Positions 39,901 to 54,900 of a stretch of 64,000 nucleotides of DNA are shown one piece after another. The notes beneath the pieces were generated by a model that worked only from the letters and a program-made list of their open reading frames with translations, ran no database searches and was not told the origin of the DNA. Source of the DNA: Amphiscolops sp. MND2022 (taxonomy: Eukaryota); assembly GCA_964187785.1 (NCBI GenBank), contig OZ076409.1:21640001-21704000 (forward strand), in the 5' to 3' direction. Made by a program: the position numbers and the translations under genes. The number at the start of each line of letters is the position of its first letter. Positions within the stretch are counted from its first letter, which is position 1.

Positions 39901-42900
39901 ATACATATCCCCGCAAGCAAGTTTCCAGATCTTGCGACTTGCATTAATAACCAATCAATCACAGTGAGTTATTATTATAAATACAGGTTTACACTTTTCT
40001 CATATTACACCAAGTGACAATTAGTTACACTGAATGACTAGACTTCACAAATTGACTGGTTTACAATTTTTTGGAGCAAAAACTTACACTAATTGACTGC
40101 ATTACGCACTTATGCAGTACTACGGACTTTGACTAAATTACGCAATTTTCCACTACACATTTTGACTGAATTACGCCGTCTTACTAATTACGTGCTGTAA
40201 AAAATATTTCACAAATATTCAAAATTAGCATACGCTACTATCATGCTACTGGAGAGATAGAATGAAAATACTGCTTCGCATAGCGGTGCAAACTTTTAAT
40301 CTTAATTACACGCTCTATGCGAGCAGTGACCTACTGGGGGATTACAAAAATTCAATGTCGATTTTGAAAATTTAATCTTTCACCTGATTGGTTCTTGAAC
40401 TTTGATTGTCATTAATTAAATTTTCAGCGTCATACACTGTAGTCAAATACAGTACTGTGATTAAGAAAACGTCCTCCGGGACGATTTTAAGCTCGATTTT
40501 CTCGAAATCGGTTGAGAATTTTTGAAAACATCAGAAATAAAAGTTTCTTAGAATTTAATCTAGTTTACATTAGTGTTTTTTAAATTATTCTGGGACGAAA
40601 ATTGAGGAAGTTACATATAGATGCTTTTGAGCAAATTTGGGACTTTTTTCCGTTTTTCCAATTTTTGACCATTTTATCCACAGTTTGTTTGGCAAGTTTT
40701 ATGCTCAAATAAGTCGCACATATCTATTGAATCTATGGATATTTTTCGATTTCAAAAATTATCAACCGTTTTCGCAATATCATGCTCGAAAGGTAAAATT
40801 TCGTCGATTTACATGTATTAAGATAGGAAATGAACGTTTCGCGGCGAAAAACTGCGATAAGTTTTTCATCTAGAATATTTTTGGAACAAAAAATATATCA
40901 GTGAATTCTATTCATATTCTAATCTGCAGAATTCGATGAATTCAAAATTTTCAAAAAAAAATATTTCAAAAACTTGCCGAAAACTGGGAAAATAGCAGAA
41001 GTGTTCATTCTGCGCCCGAGATTCCACTTGATGCGCCAATCAGAATTGAAAACAAGAGCGAATAAGCAATTTTAATTGGTTGATAACGTTCAGCGCATAG
41101 GGTGACGATTTCTTAATCACAGGACTGTAGTGTAGCACAGTAATGAACGAATGAATTAGCACAGTAATGAATTAGTAATACGAAAATGTTTCAACAACTT
41201 TGAAAATCAGCTATTTCGGGGCTGCGTAATTATTCTGCAGATTCAAAAATTATATACTTTATTCCCACATGACTTTTCCGGATAAATAAATACTCATTTA
41301 TTACAAATTTCCGGGAGTAAACCTTTCTAATCCAGACAGAACAATCCCAAACTTTTAAAACTGCAAAAGAAATCTTACACTGAAACTACACCCAGTAAGT
41401 TTCACTGAAAGCATCCAAATCATCCTCCATATTCGAAGCATAAGCTTTGTTACTTGAATAAAAGAATAAAGCTCTGCATTCTGCATTTGAAAAACGATAA
41501 CGATGATGTTTTGAATGGTTACAGGCCAAAATCTAGAAGAAAATCTGAATAAATAGAAGTCAAAACATCAGTTGTAGGACTCGACTTTCTCAGAGGACTT
41601 CGCGACCCTCCAGGTCCTTCAAACAAATTCAGATACTGGACTAGTGGAACGGTGCTTCGTTTCTGCATTTAGGGCACTGGCATCATCGGTATGTAAACGT
41701 AGCTAACCAAGATTTCCTAATTTAGATTTTTAGATTTGTCCTAAGATTTTAACTTGATAACTAAGATTTTGACCTGATACCTTTTTGAATGCAACATAAG
41801 CTCTCAGCGACGAATTACTTAGGATCCTCGATTATACGGAAACTCGATTGCATAGAATGAGTAACGGAGTGTTCAACGAAGGTGGTCTGACCAATAGACA
41901 AATGTTAGTGACTGAGAATGAATTTTAGGTGTCGGGTCACAAGTCCGGAAGAATAAAATTGAATTTTCTAGTCCAATAAGATTTAAGAAATCCCAGCGTC
42001 GTTCAAACGTAGTTTTCTTCACTCGTCTCATCAGAAATAAGCAAATTACATAACTTCGATTACATGAATACGATAATTTCAGAAATACTTAGCACTGTAT
42101 AAATCCCCATTACGATACATATGCCGCAAAAGTGGTATTTATCAAGTGTAAAGTGTATTTTCTGTAAAACGAGAGCGAACCGTATTCTAGTCAAAAAGTG
42201 CATCGTGTTCATCGCGAATTGTGATGCACAGTGTAATCAGAAATTGCGGATCGTGATCATTGAGCGTAATTAGAGAGAAAAGTGAAAACCAGTAAAGAAT
42301 TTTGGTATACACCGTAAGAATGACTCTAAACGATGCTTCCATTCGTGTGTGAAGTGGAAACCTGTCAAAGTACGTAATTGTACAGTGTAACGAGCAAAAC
42401 ACGTAACGCGTATTTGAAATAATAACGCGTTTTTATTGGCTGTTAATCGAACTAGCAAGATCTTGCTAGTTCGTTGCGGCATATGTCTGATTGGCTGACG
42501 GGGTCGAACCGGAAGTCCGTTCAAAGATGAAAAAAATAGTGCCCCAAATGCAGGAGTGAAGCGACGTGCCATATGGCCATGCCTCAATGTTGCTACTTGG
42601 CGAAGGGAGCGAAGCGACCGAGCCATACAACAAATATGATAAGTATTTTTTCGGACTTGTGCAACCCAATTTTTTTCCGGACTTGTGCAACCCAAATTTA
42701 TTTTTGGACTTGCGTAACCCAAATTTATTTTCGGAATTGTGCAACCCAAATTTATTTTTGGACTTGTGAACAGCCGCCCAACAAATATGATGAGTATTTT
42801 TCAGACTTGTGCAACCCAAATTCATTTTCAGACTTGTGCAACCCAAATTCATTTTCGCCGCGTTTCATCATATTGACGCCTATCACGTCCCTAGCGTCGC

Positions 42901-45900
42901 GGCTATTCAATCACATTCACGACTAAGTATGGTACCACCGCATAACACAACCGCCGTGTCTGGACAATTGAACAAACTTGCGGGCTGTTGAAGACTAAAA
43001 GCTTTGACTCTATTTCCAGAAAGTTTGCTATGACCGAATCCACTGTATTTTGATTTTTAAAAATGACATGAGCAAACTCCGAAAAGACAAGGAGAACAAT
43101 GGCTTCAATGTTATGGAAACAAGTACATCCCCAGAATTTAGAAATTGATGACGCTTCAACTATTTCGCTTTGTCACATGCGAGAAAAACATTGATTGGAC
43201 CAATTTTGGCAACAAAGCTGTAAAACAAGGCAATGGATGGATGTTCCTAATGGCAGTATCTGCAATCCTTCCAAATTTACAATTACCATATTATTTACAT
43301 GCAACTTGAAACTGGACACAGACGAATTCTCATCATCATTCATTCACATGAAAGTCAGTTAATGAAGCTGAATACCTTTTTTCTTTGTTTTGCGCACGTT
43401 GTTGTTTGACTCGAATTCATCAACAAAGATGCCTTTTGCATTGACATTGTCTTTGGTGGCAGTGCCATTGGTACGTCCCATAGATACACTAAGACGACAG
43501 TTGGGCCCACCCACCAAGTCATGTACTGTGAAACACAGACTAGACTGATTGGACAGCCTGACGAGTCGGTTGGCAGCCAGCACACAAATGACGCCCTTTC
43601 TGAATCTCAACAGGGGGTGAAGCTTGCCACCAAGTTGGCGTTGCAGCGGGCCTCGACTAGATCCTTCAGTGTCTGAAATAACAAAACGATCTTAGTTTGC
43701 TCCAATTCTCCCAATACTAAAAATTGAACACAATAATTAGCCGGTCCTTTGCATTAGGAAACCGACATGAGACCCAAGCCAGAGATGTTACAATTATGCG
43801 GCGCATAACCCCGCACAATCTGACGTAATTTTCGTCGCGCGCAAATTGTGTCTGCTGGGTTCTCTGATGCTGGGTAGCTTTTCGTTTGAAGTTCGTACAG
43901 TGTTGTACAATTTTTTTGGGTTGAAAGGTTATTTTCTGAGAACCCAGTAGATACCTGCCTGCCCAAATAACTTCCCAACAGCTGACCAATAGAGCAACGC
44001 TCCTCAAGTCAGTTCAACCTTTTGTGTTTGGAAACTTTTTGGAAATCACTAGATCAAAACGTTTTGAACAAAATTAAGCACTCAACTCCGCTTAAAACGA
44101 TTGCCCGGGGACCGGAGTTTTTTAATCGTTATATCCGAATATCTTTATAGGCGAAAATCGTTGTATACTAGCATCGTGGCCGGGACCGTGAACAAACTAT
44201 CACTATAACCGGAAAATATCGTTATAAACGGAGTTGAGTGTTTAATAGTTGCCACGCCTGCAAATTTTATACCGAGTTAATCAGGCTTTAACGTTACGCA
44301 GGTTTCGGCCTTTGAGAGTCTGTTCCATTTCATGTTGTGCCTTGTATACGATCGTTGAATAGGGGACTCTTCAATTCGTCTAACATTCAAATCGTCGAAG
44401 AATGAAAATCTACTCAATGCGTTGAAAGAAATGTTATCGTAATTTTGAATGCTCGAAATTGATTGGCCGAAATCAATTCATTCCATTACGTCATACAATG
44501 CTCGCTAAATTGATACGTGTTCGACGAATTAAATGTTCGACGAATTGAATAGGCACCCGTTGAATAATAGGTTTTTCTACTTTGATTTAATATGTGACTT
44601 GTTATTTTCATCATGGAATGGATAAATTCAATTATTATTATTAATACCGCATAATTGCGTTATATTGCCAAGCGTTACCGCATATTTCTGAGAAACATAA
44701 AATATTATTCAAAAATGAATGATTCTGATAATTCTGATTTGAAATTAATTATGCCCAATCCTGTAAGAGGTTACAATCGGTCGTCTTTTTTACTGGAGAA
44801 AACAAAGAAACGAAAAAGAGATCATTCTTCATCTATGGATGCCCAAACAAATGTTCCAAAACTCAGACTTTTTGCCGAAAAAGGCCAATTATTCTGCACA
44901 TTGAGTTAAAATTTAGTTTTGACGAACTTATACCCCTGATAATTTCTCTGAATAGCGCGTAATTCACATATTTTGACCATTTTAAGCGCATAATTTCGAT
45001 TAAAATTCCGCATCGCATAATTCAGTCAAAATCCCCGCACTAAAGTAACATCATGTTACTTCAGTGCGGGGATTTTCACTGAATTATGCGATGATCTCTG
45101 AATCCAAGTAGAGCTAGAGCATTGAATCATTGAAAGCCATTCGTAGTTTGTCGCGACAAGATAAGAAGAGGTGTAAGTTTTGCGCTCAAGTCGGCGTCCC
45201 GCATAATTATCAAAAAATTCAAACTCTATAAGGACCTGTTTGAGAAACCTCCTACAGTCGTTAAATGCTGAATAAATCGAAAAAGGATCCTTTAGCCACT
45301 CTTCCTTTAAAAAATATTGGCTCCAAAAATAATCAAAATATTCAACGACCAAAAAAATTGGAACTAAAAAATCACCGAGGTGAAAAATCTTGAAAAAGGG
45401 TCTTTGTCTGAACTAGTTTCATAAAAAAGTAATCTATCAACGATACGTGTTTTTGGAAAAACATAATTAAGGTTTCCAGAAAATTTAGAGAGAAAACATT
45501 CAAGTCAGCATTTGAAAAGTCATCACATTTCAGCATGATAAAGCAGTTAAGCATCACGAAGCATAACAAAGACAAACTACTGAAGGAAGAAGACCAAACG
45601 GAACAGTTTTCCCGAGGCGGAAGACGTTTATGACATGCACTGAATACAAGCCGCACATTATAAGCAATCGAAACCTTTCGTTTCCGGCATGACAACTCGG
45701 ATCAGCATCAAAGAAGTTTCCAAAAAAGAACAAATGGAAGAAAACTTGTTACTCAAAAAATTGAAAAGTGTCACCCTGAAGGCAACTAACTCAATCGCAA
45801 AATAACCACAGGCAAATGTTCAAAACCAGAAGGAACTTTTTGTCAGCATTCAAAAGTTCATCACATTCCAGCATGACAACGCAGTTACGCATCACGAAAC

Positions 45901-48900
45901 ATAACCGAAGATGGATAACGCAGTTAAGCATCACAGAACATAAAAGACAAACTACCCCTCGACTGATGCCAGAGACAACTCGCATGAACAAAGAAAAAGA
46001 AGCCGTACATTATCAGCATTCAAAAAGGTTCAGCAAGATGCAGTCAAACATGGCGTCAGGGTGCAGCAAAAACATAATACCGAAGATAACGGACAAACTT
46101 GAACATTCAAAAAGTTGAGAACAGTTATCCTGATGTCAAGGACATCGAATGTACAAAAAAGTTACTAACTGTCAGATTGAAAAAAAATCATCACATATCA
46201 GCATGATAACGCAGTTAGGCATCACAGAACATTGCCAGAAGACACTAGAGAAGAAATAAGGATAACTTGAATATTCAAAAAGTTGAAAAGTTAAGCATCA
46301 AAGAAGATAGCGAACAAACTACCCCTACGTCCGAAATCGAAGCCATCGAAAAAAAGCAGCTATTTAATATCAGCAACAAAAAATCATCACATTTCAGCAT
46401 GATAACGTAGTTAAACATCACGGAACAAAACGAAAAGCAAACTACCCATCGTTTGATACCAGAGACAAATCGCATGAACAAAGAAAAAAAGCCGTCCAAT
46501 GTCAGCATTCAAGAAAATCTCCATAATCAGCAAGATGCAGTCAAACACGCGTCAGGGTGCAAAAAGGAAACTACGGAAGATGTTAGACAAACTTAAACAT
46601 TAAAAATGTTGAAAAGAGTTATCTTGATGTCGAAGACATCTATGTACAAAAACGTTACTTATTGTCAGTATCAAAAAATTCATCACAATTCAGCATGATA
46701 ACGCAGTTAAGCATCACAGAACATTGCACGAAGAACCTAGCGAACGAATCAGGCAAACGTGAACATTCAAAAAGTGGAAAACTGTTCTCTAATGCCAAAG
46801 ACAAATCTCAGTTACAGAAAAAAAACAGAAGGCACCTATTGTTAAACTTGAAGGAGAGTCATCACATTTCAGCATGATAACGCAGATAGGCATCACGAGA
46901 ATAACCAGAAGATAAACCACTAAGGAAGCCAAAATGGAACTTTGCAAACTGCTTCACGAAGCGGAAGACATTTACGAAAAGTACAGAATAGACGCCGCAC
47001 ATAAGCAATCGAAATGTTACATAATTTTCATCATAACTCGCATTACCAACAAGGAAGTTTACAAAAAGAAAACAAATGGAAGGAAATATAAACTCGAAGT
47101 TAAAAACCGAAAGCTGTCCTCTTAAAGGCGAAGACAAATGGCAGGTTCAAAAACAAGCGACTTGTCAGCGTTTTGAAATCTAACCACACTTGATAACTAG
47201 CATGATAACGCAGATAAGCATCACAGTACTTTGCAGAAAGAAACTAGTGAGGGAATCGAGCAAATTCGAACATTCAAAAAAGTTGATAGTTAGGCAGCAC
47301 GGATCAAAACGAAATTACTTCTCCCGTGATGCCAAAGACAAATCGCATGAACAAAGAAAAAAGTACCGTCAGTATTTGAAATATTTCCACATTTTCAGCA
47401 AGTTAAACATGGCGTCAGCTTGCAAAAAGGAAACTACTGAAGACATTAGACAAGCTTGAACAATCAGTAAGTTGCAAATTGTTTCCGTGATGCCAACTCA
47501 AATCACATGGACAAAAACGCTCATTTTTAGCAATAAAAACCCATCAAAAGTGAGCATGATAACGCAGTTAAGCATCACGGAGCATTGCAAAAAGAAAAAA
47601 GTGAAGGAAACTGGAAAACTCGGACATTCAAATAGTTGAAAAGTTAAGCATCACACAACACCGAAGGAACAAACTACCACTTCCCCAATATCGAAGACAT
47701 CGAAGAAAAAAGAAGCTACTCATTGTCAGCAACAACAAACTACATTTCAGCATGATAACGCAGTTGAGCATCACTGAACTTAACTAAAAGACAAACTACT
47801 TCTCTCCTGATGCCAGAGACAAATCACATGAACTACGAAAAAATCCGTCCATTGTCAATATTAATAAAAGTGCTCCATAATTAGCAAAATGCAGTCAAAC
47901 GTGGCGACAGGTTGCAAAAAGGAAACTACGAAAGATATTAGACAAACTTGAACATTCAAAAAGTTGAGAACAGTTATCGCATGTACAAGAGCATCGAATG
48001 TACAAAAAAGCTACCTATTGTCAGAATCAAAAAATTCATCACATTTCAGCATGATAACGCAGTTGAGCATCACGTAACATAACAGTAAGACAAACTATTG
48101 AAGTAGCCAGAATGGAACTTTGGAGAATGCTTCAGGAATAGAAGCCGCACATAAGCAAGTGAAATATTATTACATCATTTTCAGCATAACTCAGAATAGC
48201 ATCAAGGAAGTTTACAAAAAGAAAACCATAGAGAGGAAACATATAAAGTTGAAATTCAAAAAATTCAACTCGGTTCTACTGATGTCAAAGGGAAATCGAA
48301 AGTTTGAAAGTAAAAGCTACTCATTGCCAGCACAAAAAAATTATCGCATTACATCTGAAACACTACAGAAAGAAACCAAGGAAGGAGTCAGACCACCTTG
48401 AATATCCAATGCTGAAAGCTGTTCTCATGATGCCAAAGACAAGTCGCACGTACAGTTGTCCTGATGTCAATCAAAGACATCTATGTACAAAAAAGTTACT
48501 TATTGTCAGTATCAAAAAATTCATCACAATTCAGCATGATAACGCAGTTAAGCATCACGGAGCATTGCAAAAAGAAAAAAGTGAAGGAAACAGGAAAACT
48601 AGGACATTCGAATAGTTGAAAAGTTAAGCATCACACAACACCGAAGGAACAAACTACCACTTCCCCGATATCGAAGACATCGAATAAAAAAGAAGCTACT
48701 CATTGTCAGCAACAACAAATTACATTTCAGCATGATAACGCAGTTGAGCATCACTTAACTCAACTAAAAGACAAACTACTTCTCTCCTGATGCCAGAGAC
48801 AAATCACATGAACAAAGAAAAAATCCGTCCATTGTCAGTATTAAAAAAGTGCTCCATAATTAGCAAAATGCATTCAAACATGGCGACAGGTTGCAAAAAG

Positions 48901-51900
48901 GAAACTACGGAAGATATTAGACAAACTTGAACATTCAAAAAGTTGAGAACAGTTATCGCATGTACAAGAGCATCGAATGTACAAAAAAGCTACCTATTGT
49001 CAGAATCAAAAAATTCATCACATTTCAGCATGATAACGCAGTTGAGCATCACGTAACATAACAGTAAGACAAACTATTGAAGTAGCCAGAATGGAACTTT
49101 GGAGAATGCTTCAGGAATAGAAGCCGCACATAAGCAAGTGAAATATTATTACATCACTTTCAGCATAACTCAGAATAGCATCAAGGAAGTTTACAAAAAG
49201 AAAACCATAGAGAGGAAACAAAGTTGAAATTCAAAAAATTCAACTCGGTTCTACTGATGTCAAAGGGAAATCGAAAGTTTGAAAGTAAAAGCTACTCATT
49301 GCCAGCACAAAAAAATTATCGCATTACATCTGAAACACTACAGAAAGAAACCAAGGAAGGAGTCAGACCACCTTGAATATCCAATGCTGAAAGCTGTTCT
49401 CATCATGCCAAAGACAAGTCGCACGTACAGTTGTCCTGATGTCAATCAAAGACATCTATGTACAAAAAAGTTACTTATTGTCAGTATCAAAAAATTCATC
49501 ACAATTCAGCATGATAACGCAGTTAAGCATCACGGAGCATTGCAAAAAGAAAAAAGTGAAGGAAACAGGAAAACTAGGACATTCGAATAGTTGAAAAGTT
49601 AAGCATCACACAACACCGAAGGAACAAACTACCACTTCCCCGATATCGAAGACATCGAATAAAAAAGAAGCTACTCATTGTCAGCAACAACAAATTACAT
49701 TTCAGCATGATAACGCAGTTGAGCATCACTTAACTCAACTAAAAGACAAACTACTTCTCTCCTGATGCCAGAGACAAATCACATGAACAAAGAAAAAATC
49801 CGTCCATTGTCAGTATTAAAAAAAGTGCTCCATAATTAGCAAAATGCATTCAAACATGGCGACAGGTTGCAAAAAGGAAACTACGGAAGATATTAGACAA
49901 ACTTGAACATTCAAAAAGTTGAGAACAGTTATCGCATGTACAAGAGCATCGAATGTACAAAAAAGCTACCTATTGTCAGAATCAAAAAATTCATCACATT
50001 TCAGCATGATAACGCAGTTGAGCATCACGTAACATAACAGTAAGACAAACTATTGAAGTAGCCAGAATGGAACTTTGAAGAATGCTTCAGGAATAGAAGC
50101 CGCACATCAGCAAGTGAAATATCATATCCTTTCCCTTTGACATCAGTAGAACCGAGTTGAATTTTTTGAGTTTCAACTTTATATGTTTCCTCTCTATGGT
50201 TTTCTTTTTGTAAACTTCCTTGATGCTATTCTGAGTTATGCTGAAAATGATGTAATAATGATTATTACATCATTTTCAGCATAACTCAGAATAGCATCAA
50301 GGAAGTTTACAAAAAGAAAACCATAGAGAGGAAACATATAAAGTTGAAACTCAAAAAATTCAACTCGGTTCTACTGATGTCAAAGGGAAATCGAAAGTTT
50401 GAAAGTAAAAGCTACTCATTGCCAGCACAAAAAATTATCGCATTACATCTGAAACACTACAGAAAGAAACCAAGGAAGGAGTCAGACCACCTTGAATATC
50501 CAATGCTGAAAGCTGTTCTCATGATGCCAAAGACAAGTCGCACGTACAGTTGTCCTGATGTCAATCAAAGACATCTATGTACAAAAAAGTTACTTATTGT
50601 CAGTATCAAAAAATTCATCACAATTCAGCATGATAACGCAGTTAAGCATCACGGAGCATTGCAAAAAGAAAAAAGTGAAGGAAACAGGAAAACTAGGACA
50701 TTCGAATAGTTGAAAAGTTAAGCATCACACAACACCGAAGGAACAAACTACCACTTCCCCGATATCGAAGACATCGAATAAAAAAGAAGCTACTCATTGT
50801 CAGCAACAACAAATTACATTTCAGCATGATAACGCAGTTGAGCATCACTTAACTCAACTAAAAGACAAACTACTTCTCTCCTGATGCCAGAGACAAATCA
50901 CATGAACAAAGAAAAAATCCGTCCATTGTCAGTATTAAAAAAAGTGCTCCATAATTAGCAAAATGCATTCAAACATGGCGACAGGTTGCAAAAAGGAAAC
51001 TACGGAAGATATTAGACAAACTTGAACATTCAAAAAGTTGAGAACAGTTATCGCATGTACAAGAGCATCGAATGTACAAAAAAGCTACTTATTGTCAGAA
51101 CAAAAAAATTCATCACAATCCAGCATGATAACGCAGTTGAGCATCAAGTAACATAACAGTAAGACAAACTATTGAAGTAGCCAGAATGTAACTTTGAAAA
51201 ATGCTTCAGGAATAGAAGCCGCACATAAGCAATTGAAATATTATTACATCATTTTCAGCATAACTCAGAATAGCATCAAGGACGTTTACAAAAAGAAAAC
51301 CATAGAGAGGAAACATATAAAGTTGAAATTCAAAAAATTGAACTCGGTTCTACTGATGTCAAAGGGAAATCGAAAGTTTGAAAGTAAAAGCTACTCATTG
51401 CCAGCACAAAAAAATTATCGCATTACATCTGAAACACTACAGAAGGAAACCAAGGAAGGAGTCAGACCAACTTGAAAATCCAATGCTGAAAGCTGTTCTC
51501 ATGATGCCGAAGACAAGTCGCACGTACAGTTGTCCTGATGTCAATCAAAGACATCGATGTACAAAAAGCTACTGATTGTCAGTATCAAAAAATTCATCAC
51601 ATTTCAACATGATAACGCAGTTAAGCATCACAGAACATTGCACGAAGAACCTAGCGAACGAATCAGGCAAACGTGAACATTCAAAAAGTGGAAAACTGTT
51701 CTCTGATGCCAAAGACAAATCTCATACAGAAAAAAAACAAGGCACCTATTGTTAAACTTGAAGGAGAGTCATCACATTTCAGCATGATAACGCAGATAGG
51801 CATCACGAAAATAACCAGAAGATAAACCACTAAGGAAGCCAAAATGGAACGTTGCAAACTGCTTCATGAAGCGGAAGACATTTACGACAAGTACAGAATA

Positions 51901-54900
51901 GACGCCGCACATAAGCAATCGAAATGTTACATAATTTTCATCATAACTCGCATTACCAACAAGGAAGTTTACAAAAAGAAAACGAATGAAAGGAACCAAA
52001 CTTGAAATTTATAAAACGAAAGCTGTCCTCCTAAAGGCGAAGACAAATGGCAGGTTCAAAAACAAGCGACTTGTCAGCGTTTTGAAACCTAACCACACTT
52101 GATAACTAGCATGATAACGCACGTAAGCATCACAGAACATTGCAGAAAGAAACTAGTGAGGGAATCGAGCAAATTCGAACATTCAAAAAAGTTGATAGTT
52201 AGGCAGCACGGATCAAAACGAAATTACTACTCCCGTGATGCCAAAGACAAATCGCATGAACAAAGAAAAAAGTACCGTCAGTATTTGAAATATTTCCACA
52301 TTTTCAGCAAGTTAAACATGGCGTCAGCTTGCAAAAAGGAAACTACCGAAGACATTACACAAGCTTGAACAATCAGTAAGTTGCAAACCGTTTCCGTGAT
52401 GCCAAACTCAAATCACATGGACAAAAACGCTCATTTTTAGCATTAAAAACCCATCAAAAGTGAGCATGATAACGCAGTTAAGCATCACGGAGCATTGCAA
52501 AAAGAAAAAAAGTGAAGGAAACAGGAAAACTAGGACATTCGAATAGTTGAAAAGTTAAGCATCACACAACACCGAAGGAACAAACTACCACTTCCCCGAT
52601 ATCGAAGACATCGAATAAAAAAGAAGCTACTCATTGTCAGCAACAACAAATTACATTTCAGCATGATAACGCAGTTGAGCATCACTTAACTCAACTAAAA
52701 GACAAACTTCTCTCCTGATGCCAGAGACAAATCACATGAACAAAGAAAAAATCCGTCCATTGTCAGTATTAAAAAAAGTGCTCCATAATTAGCAAAATGC
52801 ATTCAAACATGGCGACAGGTTGCAAAAAGGAAACTACGGAAGATATTAGACAAACTTGAACATTCAAAAAGTTGAGAACAGTTATCGCATGTACAAGAGC
52901 ATCGAATGTACAAAAAAGCTACTTATTGTCAGAATCAAAAAATTCATCACATTCCAGCATGATAACGCAGTTGAGCATCAAGTAACATAACAGTAAGACA
53001 AACTATTGAAGTAGCCAGAATGGAACTTTGAAAAATGCTTCAGGAATAGAAGCCGCACATAAGCAATTGAAATATTATTACATCATTTTCAGCATAACTC
53101 AGAATAGCATCAAGGAAGTTTACAAAAAGAAAACCAAAGAGAGGAAACATATAAAGTTGAAATTCAAAAAATTGTACTCGGTTCTACTGATGTCAAAGGC
53201 AAATCGAAAGTTTGAAAGTAAAAGCTACTCATTGTCAGCACAAAAAAAATCATCGCATTACATCTGAAACACTACAGAAATAAACCAAGGAAGGAGTCAG
53301 ACCGACTTGAATATCCAATGCTGAAAGCTGTTCTCATGAGGCCAAAGACAAGTCGCACGTACAGTTGTCCTGATGTCAATCAAAGACATCTATGTACAAA
53401 AAAGTTACTCATTGTCAGTATCAAAAAATTCATCACAATTCAGCATGATAACGCAGTTGAGCATCACGTAACATAACAGTAAGACAAACTATTGAAGTAG
53501 CCAGAATGGAACTTTGAAAAATGCTTCAGGAATAGAAGCCGCACATAAGCAATTGAAATATTATTACATCATTTTCAGCATAACTCAGAATAGCATCAAG
53601 GAAGTTTACAAAAAGAAAACCAAAGAGAGGAAACATATAAAGTTGAAATTCAAAAAATTGAACTCGGTTCTACTGATGTCAAAGGCAAATCGAAAGTTTG
53701 AAAGTAAAAGCTACTCATTGCCAGCACAAAAAAAAATCATCGCATTACATCTGAAACACTACAGAAATAAACCAAGGAAGGAGTCAGACCGACTTGAATA
53801 TCGAATGCTGAAAGCTGTTCTCATGATGCCAAAGACAAGTCGCACGTACAGTTGTCCTGATGTCAATCAAAGACATCGATGTACAAAAAGCTACTGATTG
53901 TCAGTATCAAAAAATTCATCACATTTCAACATGATAACGCAGTTAGGCATCACAGAACTTTGCCAAAAGAAACTAGAGAAGCAATCAGGATAACTTGAAT
54001 ATTCAAAAAGTTGAAAAGTTAAGCATCACAGAAGATAGCGAAGGAACAAACTACCCCTACCTCCGAAGTCACACATCGAATAAAAAAAGCAGCTACTTAA
54101 TGCCAGCAACAAAAAATCACATTTCAGCATGATAACGCAGTTGAACATCACGGAACATAACGAAAAGACAAATTATTCATCCCCCGATGCCAGAGACAAA
54201 TCGCATGAACACAGAACAAGCCGGGAACGGCCCAAGTCGGCGCCATATTCAAGGCTCAAAAATAGCAAAAAGACTTCAAAGTGTCAAGTATTCTCTTCTA
54301 CAGTACCCGCATGAGGAAAAAATTGAAAATTTTTCCGAAATTTTTTTGGTTTCCGGTAAGTCGCATAGTGCCGAAAAACGTAACAGTGGGGCCCTTTGGG
54401 AGTTTTTGAACATCCATTCTTTTGCAAAATAGAAAAAAGTTGAAGGGGGGACTCTTTGGGGACATTAAAAAAATTTGAGAAAAAAAGCCTGACAAAGCCG
54501 AAATAACCTGCACAAAAAAATTTTGATCAAGGGCGGGACTCGAACCCACGTCCTTTTGCTTGGCAGACCTCAAAAAAGCATATTTAACCTCTATACCAAG
54601 TGCTAGTAGAAGTAGTGTGGCAGTTAGTGTTAGTGCAAGTCAGCTTAAAAAGCTTATAAAATCTGTCACTTCATTGGTCCTAAAAAAGTCACTGGTATAG
54701 TCTGCGTTTTCTACGAAAAGCGCAGACTAAAAAAGAAGCCGTCCGTCTTCAGCATTCAAGAAGGTTTTCCAAAATCAGCAAGGTGCAGTCCAACATGGCG
54801 TGGAGTTGCAAAAAGGAGGAAACTACCGAAGATATTAGACAAACTTGAACAGTCAAAAAGTTGAAAACAGTTATCCTGATGTCAAATAGACCTCGAAAGT

